A stretch of DNA of 40,844 nucleotides from sequence record DRR723986_2456; one strand, 5' to 3'. Shown here one piece after another: positions 18,669 to 27,817 of the stretch (positions within the stretch are counted from its first letter, which is position 1; each line of letters begins with the position of its first letter). The position numbers and the translations under genes were made by a program. Below the pieces are notes generated by a model. It was given only the letters and a program-made list of their open reading frames with translations, did not search any database and had not been told where the DNA came from.

Positions 18669-19091
18669 TCAGCCAGCCGCGCGGTCGCTACTGTCTGCGT
18701 CGGCACTGGCGTCGACGGGTGTCAGTACCGGCGTGTCGTGTTTTTTAACATGGCTTGCGCCAATAAACTGGCCTCCCGACTCAATGGCCAGCTCGCGCAC
18801 CCGGATATCGCCATTCACCTGCCCTGACGCCACAATTTCAATGTAGTCGGCATCAACCTTGCCATCGAGCCTGCCGCTCACTAGCACACGCTTGGCCTTT
18901 ATATCGCCCTTAAAATGCCCGCTCACACCAATGGTCACGTCAGCCTGCGAGGTGATATTGCCGTCTACCGAGCCATCTAAGTGAAAGCTGTCTTTTAACT
19001 CGAAGTCCCCGACGAAATGGGTCCCCGCAGCGATAATCGTCGTTCGGGCAGGGCTATCTGATCTCTTACTGTTTTTGCTAATGAGTCCCAC
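18669..19091 (-). CDS. Bactofilin (polymer-forming cytoskeletal protein)
   Basis: Beta-helix repeats 'TIIAAGTHFVGDF..LDGSVDGNI..VTIGVSGHFKGDI..VSGRLDGKV'; GAGGAGAGG upstream of GTG. Confidence 0.9.
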   Translation of the reverse strand: MGLISKNSKRSDSPARTTIIAAGTHFVGDFELKDSFHLDGSVDGNITSQADVTIGVSGHFKGDIKAKRVLVSGRLDGKVDADYIEIVASGQVNGDIRVRELAIESGGQFIGASHVKKHDTPVLTPVDASADADSSDRAAG

Positions 19092-19945
19092 TTTATCCTC
19101 TCCTCGCGCGTGAAAAGCCCGTCATAATTTTCCAGCGACCACTCCATAAAACTTCTCGGAGCGAGACGCCGATGCAAGTGGCGAACTTCGTAGTGCAAAT
19201 GGGGAGCGCTGGACAAGCCCGTATTCCCGCTGTAACCAATCAGCTCTCCCTGCTTTACATAGTCGCCAACAGCCACTGTCGACTTGCTTAAATGTCCGTA
19301 TACCGTGGTAAAGCCAAAGTTATGACTCAACTTCACCATCTTTCCAAAACCGCCATCGTTGTACCCCGCCCACTCCACAACACCATTGGCCGTGGCATAC
19401 ACCGGGGTACCAATGCGGGCGCGCAAATCGGCCCCGCCATGCAATTTCATTTTTCCCAATACCGGGTGCTTTCTCATACCGTAGAAGCTCGTGACTTTGG
19501 CCTCTTCCAGCGGGTAGCCACTGGGAATGGCGGTGAGCATATAGCGCTTCTCCTGCGCTGTTTGGCTTGCGGTATCCAAGCGAAATTCAATCTCGGCATC
19601 CGGATTAGGAGACAGGCCCATCATCGCCTCAATGCTGCCTAATTCCTCGCCCATCATCGACAGGGCTGCCACTTTTTCTTCAACGGAATTTTGCAGTCGT
19701 TGCTGCTCTTGCAGTAAAGCCGTATTCTCTGCGCGAATTTCGGATTGCTGGACATGAAGGCGGGAAAGCTCCTGGTCCATTGCATCGAGCTTATTGCTGA
19801 GTACGTAAATAGCCAGCACACCGCCGGCAAATAACAGTCCAAGCACAGCAACAAAGCCCGTGGCAAAGTGCTTAATAAATTGTGGTACGCGATAATGCCG
19901 CGTTCGCTCAAAACTCGTAACGGTTATTTGGTAGTGATCCCGCAT
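18995..19945 (-). CDS. M23 family metallopeptidase with TM anchor and coiled coil
   Basis: HGGAD (HxxxD), YGHL, 'GNTGLSSAPHLHYEV'; start moved to ATG 19945. Confidence 0.92.
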   Translation of the reverse strand: MRDHYQITVTSFERTRHYRVPQFIKHFATGFVAVLGLLFAGGVLAIYVLSNKLDAMDQELSRLHVQQSEIRAENTALLQEQQRLQNSVEEKVAALSMMGEELGSIEAMMGLSPNPDAEIEFRLDTASQTAQEKRYMLTAIPSGYPLEEAKVTSFYGMRKHPVLGKMKLHGGADLRARIGTPVYATANGVVEWAGYNDGGFGKMVKLSHNFGFTTVYGHLSKSTVAVGDYVKQGELIGYSGNTGLSSAPHLHYEVRHLHRRLAPRSFMEWSLENYDGLFTREERIKWDSLAKTVRDQIALPERRLSLRGPISSGTSS

Positions 19946-20181
19946 AGCCAACCTGTCATCGCTGCACCGATTTAGGGCGCAATTAGTAGGGACGCCCCGG
20001 AGTGTGCACCCGCTCAAAACGGTGAGCGAGATGCGCAAAATGAGGCAATACTACACAAAGACTGACCGACGGGACAATCTTCGCGACCACCGCCCGACAG
20101 ATCGACAGCCGTTGCGGTGCGCTTTCGCCCAACAGCAACGCACGATATGTGCCAATAATGACAGAACGATTACTCTCACCT

Positions 20182-21099
20182 ATGAAGCAACTGCCATTGG
20201 TCACCAACCCTGTCTACAGCTATTCCTTTGATCAAAAGCACCGCTTTCCAATGGAAAAGTTTGGCCTGCTAAATCAGTATTTAGCCGGTCAACATATTCT
20301 CTCTGCAAGCAACGTCTATCGGCCGGGAAAAGCCCGACCCGAGCTATTGCAGCTCGCTCACTGCGGTGACTACATTAACCGCTTCACCAACAATACCCTG
20401 GACAAACAGGCCTCGCGGCGCCTGGGACTGCCCTGGAGCGAGGGCTTGGTTACGCGCAGCTGGATCTCGCCGAATGGCAGCTTCTTGACCGCGCAGTTGG
20501 CCCTGCGCCACGGCATCGCCTGCCACCTTGCCGGCGGCACTCACCACGCCCATCGCAACTTCGGCTCTGGCTTTTGCGTATTCAACGACTTGGCTGTCGC
20601 CGCTAAAGCCCTGCTTGCTCAGGGCCGGGTGAAGCGCTTGCTGATCTTTGATTGCGACGTTCATCAGGGCGATGGCACGGCCACCATTCTCGCCGACGAG
20701 CCCGCCGCCTTTACCTGCTCCGTACACGGTGCGAAAAATTTTCCCGCGCGCAAAGCCTGCAGCGACCTGGATGTTGAGGTGGCCAGCAACTGTGAGGACG
20801 ATCAATACCTGAGCATTGTTAGCGACACCCTCGAAACGGCATTGGCCAGCGCCCGCCCGGAGCTGGTGATTTACGATGCTGGCGTGGATATCTATGCCGG
20901 CGACCCACTGGGCCTGCTAAAGGTCAGTGAAAACGGCATTCGCCAGCGCGACCGCATGGTCATTGAGCGCTGTCGCTCAGCGGGCATCCCGGTGGCAACG
21001 GTCATTGGCGGTGGCTACGACGATGACCGCCAGGCACTGGCCAGACGACACGCCATCGTTGTTGAAGAAGCCCAGCGCCGCTTTTTGCAAGAGCAATAA
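20182..21099 (+). CDS. Histone deacetylase family protein
   Basis: 'GGTHHAH..GSGFC', 'DCDVHQGDG', 'DPLG', 'GGGY'; start uncertain (20149, 20158 or 20182). Confidence 0.92.
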   Translation: MKQLPLVTNPVYSYSFDQKHRFPMEKFGLLNQYLAGQHILSASNVYRPGKARPELLQLAHCGDYINRFTNNTLDKQASRRLGLPWSEGLVTRSWISPNGSFLTAQLALRHGIACHLAGGTHHAHRNFGSGFCVFNDLAVAAKALLAQGRVKRLLIFDCDVHQGDGTATILADEPAAFTCSVHGAKNFPARKACSDLDVEVASNCEDDQYLSIVSDTLETALASARPELVIYDAGVDIYAGDPLGLLKVSENGIRQRDRMVIERCRSAGIPVATVIGGGYDDDRQALARRHAIVVEEAQRRFLQEQ

Positions 21100-21123
21100 A
21101 AAGGGCGGCTAACAAGCCGCCCT
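21097..21123 (-). terminator. Intrinsic terminator after the first acidic lipoprotein
   Basis: AGGGCGGCT-N4-AGCCGCCCT stem followed on the minus strand by a short T run. Confidence 0.7.
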
Positions 21124-21143
21124 GCAGGGGATCGCCGAAACGC

Positions 21144-22589
21144 TTAGGGGATCAACCCACCCAGTAGACCTTTCAGGGTATCTGTCAGCAGTGCCAGCGG
21201 GTCTGCCCCCGGCTGCTGAGAGACCGCCAACTGAAGTTGATCCACTGCCGAACAGAGTACCGCTAGCGGCGTCCCCTCTAGCGGGCACCCGCCACCACTT
21301 AACGCCGACGCAATGGGATCCAGCAGCAAGTCCAGGGGCGTGCCAGTCAACCCACCATCACTACCGCCGCCCTGCAACGCCGCAGCCAGTGGTTCGAGTG
21401 GAGCAAGCAGAGCATCGAGAGGCGTACCCGTGGGGCCAGCACCAGAACCGCCGTCATTCACACTGTCGCTCAGCACCTCACCCAATGGGGTCAAAATAGT
21501 ATTCACGCCAGCGAATAGCTGCGCTGCGGCACCACCAAACACCTGATCAAAGGTGGGTGCCAGCACAACCGCCAAACCACCGAGAAGCTGTGAACTTAAC
21601 GCCTCGACACCGCTATTGATCTGGTCGGACACAACACCCTGCTGCCCGGCCTGCTCTTCGATAAACGTGACCGGAACAATGCCGGTCAGTACATTTTTTA
21701 GCAGGTGCTCAACGGTCTGCGACACGCGAAATGCCGTCAATACGCCGTTGCCACTGTCCAGGGCCACCACGGTATTATCAAGGTCGGCGAAGGTCACACT
21801 CAGGGTTGTCAGTGCACCACCCAAGACCGGCGCCGACATCACCTCGGCCGGCAAATTGCTCAAACCTTCTTCGAATGCATCGCTTAACTGGCCGGTGAGT
21901 ACGGTCAGTGCAGTCAAGTCGAGATCGCCATCAGCGCTGCCGCCGCCACCGGCATTTAGCAGCGGTGCAAGGGCTTCACCCAAGGGCGCCAGGGGTGTTC
22001 CGGCAAGTGGATTGTCACCGCCGGGGCTAGCGCTACCGTCGCAATCGCCCTGCCCTGCAAGCGACATTAACAACCCCGGCAAATCAGCCAGTAGCTCGTT
22101 GCTCGCCAGCTGCACATTCTCCGCCGCTGCCGCAAAGGCTTGCTGCGGATCCGCCGCCGACTCGGGGTTTACGGCGGCGAGCACCGCGTCCAGAATATCG
22201 ACAGTATCTTGCGCGACGACTTGATCCAGACAACTGATGCTGGCTTCTAACGGTGTGCCTTCAGCTGCCGACGCCAAGCCACCAAACACCTGCTCAGACA
22301 GGGGCTGCTGAATCACATCCAGCGGTCCTTCTACTCCCTGATAACGGGTAGTCTCATCTCCGCCATCATTTGAGCCGCCGTTGTCGGAACCCGACCCGGA
22401 CCCGCCGCCATCAGAACCACCATCATTGCCGCCATCACCGGAGCCGCCGTCATCGGCGCCATTACCGCCATCGGGAATACTGCTGGGGTTATTACTGCTA
22501 CTGCTGCTCGAACCTCCGCAGGCACTAAGTGCCAAACTGACACTGAATGCCAGTATGAAGGCGCGATTTAATGAGGATAATTTCAACAT
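21144..22589 (-). CDS. Acidic Gly/Leu-rich lipoprotein of unknown function, paralogue 1
   Basis: Lipobox LSAC, long Gly/Ser/Asp linker, recurring GTPL motifs; alignable end to end with 22789-24129; GGGAG RBS. Confidence 0.85.
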   Translation of the reverse strand: MLKLSSLNRAFILAFSVSLALSACGGSSSSSSNNPSSIPDGGNGADDGGSGDGGNDGGSDGGGSGSGSDNGGSNDGGDETTRYQGVEGPLDVIQQPLSEQVFGGLASAAEGTPLEASISCLDQVVAQDTVDILDAVLAAVNPESAADPQQAFAAAAENVQLASNELLADLPGLLMSLAGQGDCDGSASPGGDNPLAGTPLAPLGEALAPLLNAGGGGSADGDLDLTALTVLTGQLSDAFEEGLSNLPAEVMSAPVLGGALTTLSVTFADLDNTVVALDSGNGVLTAFRVSQTVEHLLKNVLTGIVPVTFIEEQAGQQGVVSDQINSGVEALSSQLLGGLAVVLAPTFDQVFGGAAAQLFAGVNTILTPLGEVLSDSVNDGGSGAGPTGTPLDALLAPLEPLAAALQGGGSDGGLTGTPLDLLLDPIASALSGGGCPLEGTPLAVLCSAVDQLQLAVSQQPGADPLALLTDTLKGLLGGLIP

Positions 22590-22739
22590 AGGCTTTACTC
22601 CCTTAAGTCGCCATTGGGTACAGAAAGGCTCTGCACCCGGCGCCGATCATCGTTTTCCCTTCCCGACGCCACACTGTATTCAACCAATATGGCACTGTTT
22701 TCGATGTACGGAAAAACCGAGTTATTCATAGTCGCGGGC

Positions 22740-22769
22740 AAAAAAAAGGCGACCTGTTGGCCGCCTTTT
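22740..22769 (-). terminator. Intrinsic terminator between the two lipoprotein paralogues
   Basis: Minus strand reads AAAAGGCGGCC-AACA-GGTCGCC-TTTTTTTT. Confidence 0.85.
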
Positions 22770-22788
22770 CATCACTGACGCGACGCGC

Positions 22789-24129
22789 TTAGCCCAGGCC
22801 GCCCAACAAGGGGCCCAGAATGGTATCGAGCAAATCTGTCAACAGATCCAGTGGGTTGCCGCCACCACCAAGACCGGATAACAGGCCATCAACCACGGTG
22901 CAAAGCGGGTTCAGAGGCGTTTCTGCCAAGGGGCAAGAACCACCACCGCCCAATGCTGAAGCCAGCGGGTCGAGCAACAGGTCAAGCGGTGTGCCAGTCA
23001 GGCCGTCGCCACTACCGCCACCAGTCAGGGCAGCAAATACACCTTCCAGGGGTGCCAGCAAGGCATCGAGAGGTGTGCCAGTTGGGCCAGCGCCAGAGCC
23101 GCCTGAAGCCAGACCGCCAGTAATCGCCTCACCAATCGGTGTCAGCAGCATGTTCAAACCGCTAAACAGTGGATCCAGAGCGCCACCGAACAGTGCACCG
23201 AATGCAGGGTCCAGCACCGCGCCAAGACCGTTGTCCAACTGCGCTGTTACCTGACCGATACCATCTTTAATCTGGCTGCTAACCGCACCAGGCTGACCAG
23301 CTTGCTCTTCGATGAACTCGACAGGAACAACTTGAGTCAGCAGGTTGCTGAGCAAGTTGTCCAGCGTCGTCGCGATAGCGCCAGCCGTCTCGTCGCCAGA
23401 GGCATCGTCGAGGGCACCGATAGTTGTGTCCAAATCGTTAAAGGTCGTTTGCAGGGTAGTCAGCAGACCACCAAGAACTGGCGCACCGGCCACTTCTGCG
23501 GGCAGATTGGCCAGACCTTCGTTAAATGCTGAAGACAGTTGATCAGTCAGTGCTTGCAGCGCTGTCAGATCCAGGTTTTCACCATTGCCAAAACCGCTGC
23601 CGCCTGCTGCAGTTAGCAGCGGAGCCAACGCGTCACCCAGCGGGGCAAGAGGAGTACCTGCCAGTGGGTTGCTGCCCATCGGTGCGCCGCTCGGGCCAGT
23701 ACAGTCGCCCTGCCCTGCCAGAGAAGTCAGCAATACCGGCAAATCTGACAACAGCTCCGTTACTGCCAGCTGGGCATTCGTTGCAGCATCGGCAAACGCT
23801 TGCTGGGGATCATTGATCGAGTCGGGGTTAACCGCGGCCAGGATACTATCGAGAATATCCACTGTGTCTTGAACAACAACTTGATCCACACACTGCACAG
23901 CGCCTTCCAGCGGTGTACCAGCGGCTGCAGAGGCAATTTGCCCCAGCACTTGCTCAGACAGCGGCTCTTGAACCATGTCTAATGGGCCTTCTACACCTTG
24001 GTAGGTCGCTTGCTCGCCCGAGCCGCCTGAGCTCGAACCGCCACCACCGCCGCCACCGCAAGCGGTAAGAAGCACCGCAGCGCTTAGGCCAAGCAGGCCA
24101 GCGCGATTAAATTTATTAAGTTTGAACAT
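22789..24129 (-). CDS. Acidic Gly/Leu-rich lipoprotein of unknown function, paralogue 2
   Basis: Start moved to ATG 24129 (MFKLNKFN, matching MLKLSSLN of the paralogue) after GGAG; lipobox LTAC followed by Gly7. Confidence 0.85.
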   Translation of the reverse strand: MFKLNKFNRAGLLGLSAAVLLTACGGGGGGGSSSGGSGEQATYQGVEGPLDMVQEPLSEQVLGQIASAAAGTPLEGAVQCVDQVVVQDTVDILDSILAAVNPDSINDPQQAFADAATNAQLAVTELLSDLPVLLTSLAGQGDCTGPSGAPMGSNPLAGTPLAPLGDALAPLLTAAGGSGFGNGENLDLTALQALTDQLSSAFNEGLANLPAEVAGAPVLGGLLTTLQTTFNDLDTTIGALDDASGDETAGAIATTLDNLLSNLLTQVVPVEFIEEQAGQPGAVSSQIKDGIGQVTAQLDNGLGAVLDPAFGALFGGALDPLFSGLNMLLTPIGEAITGGLASGGSGAGPTGTPLDALLAPLEGVFAALTGGGSGDGLTGTPLDLLLDPLASALGGGGSCPLAETPLNPLCTVVDGLLSGLGGGGNPLDLLTDLLDTILGPLLGGLG

Positions 24130-24449
24130 GTTCTGTAACTCCGTAAAAACAGGTATCGAGGTGCCTGCCAACAATAGGGGGAGAGCTGTGCATTCACACC
24201 GCCATGCCAACGCCGAAGCGCCTCATCCACTGATGGGGCATGTGTGTACATTGAACCAGCAGTGGGAAATAGGCGAAGTAAGGGAAAACCGAAGTAGACG
24301 CGGAAAACCCCGCGCTTTTTGAGACCTGCATCACAAAAAAACGAGTTAACTAAGCTGCCACTCTGCTCACTGTGACACAAACCCACGGTTCACACGCTTC
24401 CCTTCTTCGCGGCAGTCGCCATAATACCGTTTTGGCAAAGGGAAAGGCT

Positions 24450-24905
24450 ATGACAATTGTAAACTCCGATTGGGACCTGCCCGCCCCGTTCACCCAAAGC
24501 CTGAGTGTCGGCCGCGAAGATATTGACGGCCTGGGCCATGTGAACAACGGTGTGTACGTGAGCTGGTGCCAGCGGGTTGGCTGGCAACATTCCGTTGAGC
24601 TGGGGCTAAATCTGGACGACTACCATCAGCTCGATGCCGCAATGGTTATTCGGCATGCCGAATATGACTATGTCGCTGCAGCCTTTTTAGATGAAGAGTG
24701 CGAAATGGCCACGTGGTTAACGGCTAGCGACCAGCGCCTGACGATGGAGCGACGCTTTCAATTAAAACGCTCTCGCGACGGCGTTACCCTTCTTCGGGCG
24801 CGCTGGCAGCTGGTATGCATTCGGCTGAGCAACGGCAAGCCGCGCCGCATGCCGCCGGTATTTAACCAGCGCTACGGACCAGCGGTTATCGCCACAGAAA
24901 CGTAA
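24450..24905 (+). CDS. Acyl-CoA thioesterase (hotdog fold, 4HBT/FadM-like)
   Basis: 'DIDGLGHVNNGVY' motif; start moved to ATG 24450. Confidence 0.9.
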   Translation: MTIVNSDWDLPAPFTQSLSVGREDIDGLGHVNNGVYVSWCQRVGWQHSVELGLNLDDYHQLDAAMVIRHAEYDYVAAAFLDEECEMATWLTASDQRLTMERRFQLKRSRDGVTLLRARWQLVCIRLSNGKPRRMPPVFNQRYGPAVIATET

Positions 24906-24965
24906 TTCACAGCCTCCACATAGCGTGTAGAATGTAGCAACCCCATAGAATAAAGAGAGATACAA

Positions 24966-25346
24966 GTGAGCCAACAATACGCAGAACACCCCGCCATGTT
25001 TCGCAACAAGCCTTTCGGCTTCATTCTCGCGCTGCTGTTGGTGCCCGTTGGGATTGGCATTTTGATCCTGCTGTATTGGTACCTTAAGTGCAAAGCCACT
25101 CGCCTTGAAATTAATGGCAACGAGATCGTGCTTGAGCAGGGCCTGCTGAACAAAGACCGCACCGAGCTCAACACGTCGAGTATTCGCACTGTTAAAATCA
25201 GTCAGTCTCTAATGAACCGCTTGTTCGGCGTTGGCACCCTGAGCATCTTTACGGCGGGTGACAAGGCCGAGGTACAGGCTAGCGGCATGCCCCGCCCCGA
25301 GGTATTCAGGGAACTGGTAAAAGCCAGCCAAGTTGACGAGCAATGA
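24966..25346 (+). CDS. Membrane-anchored bacterial PH-domain protein
   Basis: N-terminal TM hairpin, then 'GLLNK....IRTVKISQSLMNRLFGVGTLSIFTAG'. Confidence 0.8.
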   Translation: MSQQYAEHPAMFRNKPFGFILALLLVPVGIGILILLYWYLKCKATRLEINGNEIVLEQGLLNKDRTELNTSSIRTVKISQSLMNRLFGVGTLSIFTAGDKAEVQASGMPRPEVFRELVKASQVDEQ

Positions 25347-25642
25347 GCACAGACCGCCAGCAAGTCTTAAAAATTGGCGGCCTGCTGCTTGGGCTACTGC
25401 TCCTGCTGGGCGCTGCAACAGCTATGATGCTGCCATTGGTTGCCGGCTTCATTGACCAGCACTTCACCCCCGGCCTCAACTTGCGCAATGCCGCCGTCAT
25501 CGCTTTTTTTGTCACGGTGGCCACCCTGGTCGTGTTCGCCTTTGCGGCAGGGGATGGCCTGCTTGGTGAGCTGCAGTTCATGCTTGGCGGCTTTTTGAGC
25601 TTCTTCCTGATATTTTGGTTATTCATTGCCTGGATATTTTAG
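25343..25642 (+). CDS. Small hypothetical membrane protein (about 3 TM)
   Basis: ATGA overlap with the upstream gene; three hydrophobic segments. Confidence 0.75.
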   Translation: MSTDRQQVLKIGGLLLGLLLLLGAATAMMLPLVAGFIDQHFTPGLNLRNAAVIAFFVTVATLVVFAFAAGDGLLGELQFMLGGFLSFFLIFWLFIAWIF

Positions 25643-25974
25643 TGTTGCAACTCAGCGACTTGGTCGCCCTTATTCTTCTTTGCATAGTGCTCTACCACCT
25701 CTGGGCATCGGTTGGCATACGAGAGCACTGCCTGATCGCTGTTAAGCGACACTTAGCCGCACATCAGCTGCAGTTACTCGATGAAAATATTGCGCTCCGC
25801 GCACTGTGGTGGAAGCGCAATCGCAGGGGGCAGATCCAAGTGTGGCGCCGCTATCACTTCGAGTTCAGCGCTCAAGGTGACGAGCGCTATCAGGGCCGCA
25901 TCATTACTCTGGGCAAGCATATTGAAAATATTGAGCTCCAGGCACACCGGCTTCCCGACGAGAGACTTCACTAG
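25642..25974 (+). CDS. DUF3301-like protein
   Basis: N-terminal TM, 'LQLLDE', 'RRYHFEFSAQGDERYQG'; GTG start overlapping the upstream stop. Confidence 0.78.
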   Translation: MLQLSDLVALILLCIVLYHLWASVGIREHCLIAVKRHLAAHQLQLLDENIALRALWWKRNRRGQIQVWRRYHFEFSAQGDERYQGRIITLGKHIENIELQAHRLPDERLH

Positions 25975-25976
25975 CT

Positions 25977-27764
25977 ATGCACGGGCACACTCCCTATTCT
26001 GAAGACCAACGGGTAAGCGCCCGTACCCTGCTAGAGCTGGTACCCTACCTTCGCCCCCATATGCCGCGCATCGGCCTGGCACTGCTGTGCCTGATCGCGG
26101 CAAAGCTGGCCAGTGTCGGCCTGCCCTTTGCTTTAAAACATATCGTCGACTACCTGGACACCAGCGGGCTGAACGCACTGACACTTGCACCGATCGGCCT
26201 GCTGCTGGCCTACGGCGGTCTGCGCTTTGCCAACGTATTATTCGGCGAGCTACGCGATACTCTGTTTGGCCGCGTTACTGAGCGTGCGATGCGGCGCATT
26301 GGTCTGTCGGTATTCAAGCACCTGCACCAACTGGACCTGGATTTTCACCTAAACCGCCGCACTGGCGGCCTGTCTCGCGATATCGAACGCGGCACCAATG
26401 GCATCAGCTTTTTACTGCGCTTTATGGTGTTTAACATCGTGCCGACATTTATTGAGATCGGCATGGTATTGGTACTACTGGGCTGGCAGTACAGCGTGTA
26501 TTACGCCCTGATCGTACTTCTGGCCGTGGTGAGTTATGTCGGGTTTTCCGTGGTGGCAACAGAGTGGCGCACCGGCTTTATCCGCCGCGCCAATGTTGCC
26601 GAGTCGCGCAGCAGCAGTCGCGCTGTCGATAGCCTGCTCAACTTCGAAACCGTGAAATACTTTGGCAATGAAGACTACGAAGCCCAGTGCTACGACAACG
26701 AGCTGGCGCAGTGGGAGCGAGCGAGACGTCAGAACCGCCTCAGCCTGTTTGCCCTGAACGCCGGCCAGGCCTTTATCATTGCAACCGCGATGACATCGGC
26801 AATGCTGCTGGCCGCCAAAGACACCCTGTCGGGCAGTATGACCATCGGCGATTTTGTGTTGATCAACGCCTTTATGATGCAGATTTTCATGCCGCTGAAT
26901 TTTCTTGGCTTTGTCTACCGGGAAATGAAAGGCTCAATGGCGAATATTGAAGCGATGTTCGCCCTGCTGCGCCAACGTGCCAGCGTTACCGATAAGGCCG
27001 GCGCGCCCTCGCTATCGGTTCGTGATGCAGAACTGGAGTTCAGCCAGGTTTGCTTTGCTTACGACCGCGACCGGCAGATTCTCCGCGATATTAGTTTCCG
27101 CCTACCGCCGCGCAAAAAAGTCGCCATCGTCGGCAGCAGCGGCGCGGGCAAGTCCACCTTACTGAAACTTTTATTTCGTTTTTACGATGTCGACAGCGGG
27201 CAAATTTTAATCGATGGCCAGAACATCGCCACCGTCAGCCAACAGTCGCTGCGCAGTGTTCTCGGCATCGTCCCCCAGGATACCGTGCTATTCAATCAGA
27301 GCATCCGCGACAATATCCGCTACGGCCGGGTCGATGCCAGCGATGAGGACATCGACGAAGCCATTCGCCTTGCCCACTTGCAAGACTTTATTCAAAGCCT
27401 ACCCGCTGGTGCCGACACGCTGGTGGGCGAGCGCGGCTTAAAATTATCAGGCGGCGAGAAACAGCGCGTGGCAATTGCCCGGGCACTACTCAAGGGCGCG
27501 CCAATTATTGTCTTTGATGAAGCCACGTCCTCACTGGACAGCAAGTCAGAGCAAGCCATTCTTGCCGCCATGCGAGACATTGCCAGACAACACAGTATGC
27601 TTGTGATCGCGCACCGGCTATCGACCATTGTCGATGCCGATACCATTGTGGTGCTGCACGAGGGCCGTATTGTTGAGCAGGGTAATCATCAACAATTGCT
27701 TGCAGCCGAGGGCCACTATGCTCAACTATGGTCACTACAACAACGCCAGCGGCAAGGCGACTAA
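25977..27764 (+). CDS. Atm1/ABCB7-type ABC exporter (fused permease and ATPase)
   Basis: 'FHLNRRTGGLSRDIERG', 'DSLLNFETVKYF', 'PLNFLGFVYRE', Walker A GSSGAGKS, LSGGEKQR, DEATS. Confidence 0.93.
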   Translation: MHGHTPYSEDQRVSARTLLELVPYLRPHMPRIGLALLCLIAAKLASVGLPFALKHIVDYLDTSGLNALTLAPIGLLLAYGGLRFANVLFGELRDTLFGRVTERAMRRIGLSVFKHLHQLDLDFHLNRRTGGLSRDIERGTNGISFLLRFMVFNIVPTFIEIGMVLVLLGWQYSVYYALIVLLAVVSYVGFSVVATEWRTGFIRRANVAESRSSSRAVDSLLNFETVKYFGNEDYEAQCYDNELAQWERARRQNRLSLFALNAGQAFIIATAMTSAMLLAAKDTLSGSMTIGDFVLINAFMMQIFMPLNFLGFVYREMKGSMANIEAMFALLRQRASVTDKAGAPSLSVRDAELEFSQVCFAYDRDRQILRDISFRLPPRKKVAIVGSSGAGKSTLLKLLFRFYDVDSGQILIDGQNIATVSQQSLRSVLGIVPQDTVLFNQSIRDNIRYGRVDASDEDIDEAIRLAHLQDFIQSLPAGADTLVGERGLKLSGGEKQRVAIARALLKGAPIIVFDEATSSLDSKSEQAILAAMRDIARQHSMLVIAHRLSTIVDADTIVVLHEGRIVEQGNHQQLLAAEGHYAQLWSLQQRQRQGD

Positions 27765-27817
27765 GGGCCGAGAAAAGGCTCGAGACACAACAATAAAATT
27801 CAGCAGGGGGTAGCACT

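Noticed and set aside
21191-23982. Long + strand ORFs (e.g. 21553-22224, 22820-23254) opposite the lipoprotein genes
   Set aside because: Antisense shadows of Gly/Leu/Ala-rich genes; no RBS or recognisable motif.
24130-24449. Riboswitch (e.g. c-di-GMP) in the long leader of lipoprotein paralogue 2
   Set aside because: I could not match the conserved aptamer elements by eye; an Infernal search would be needed to exclude it.
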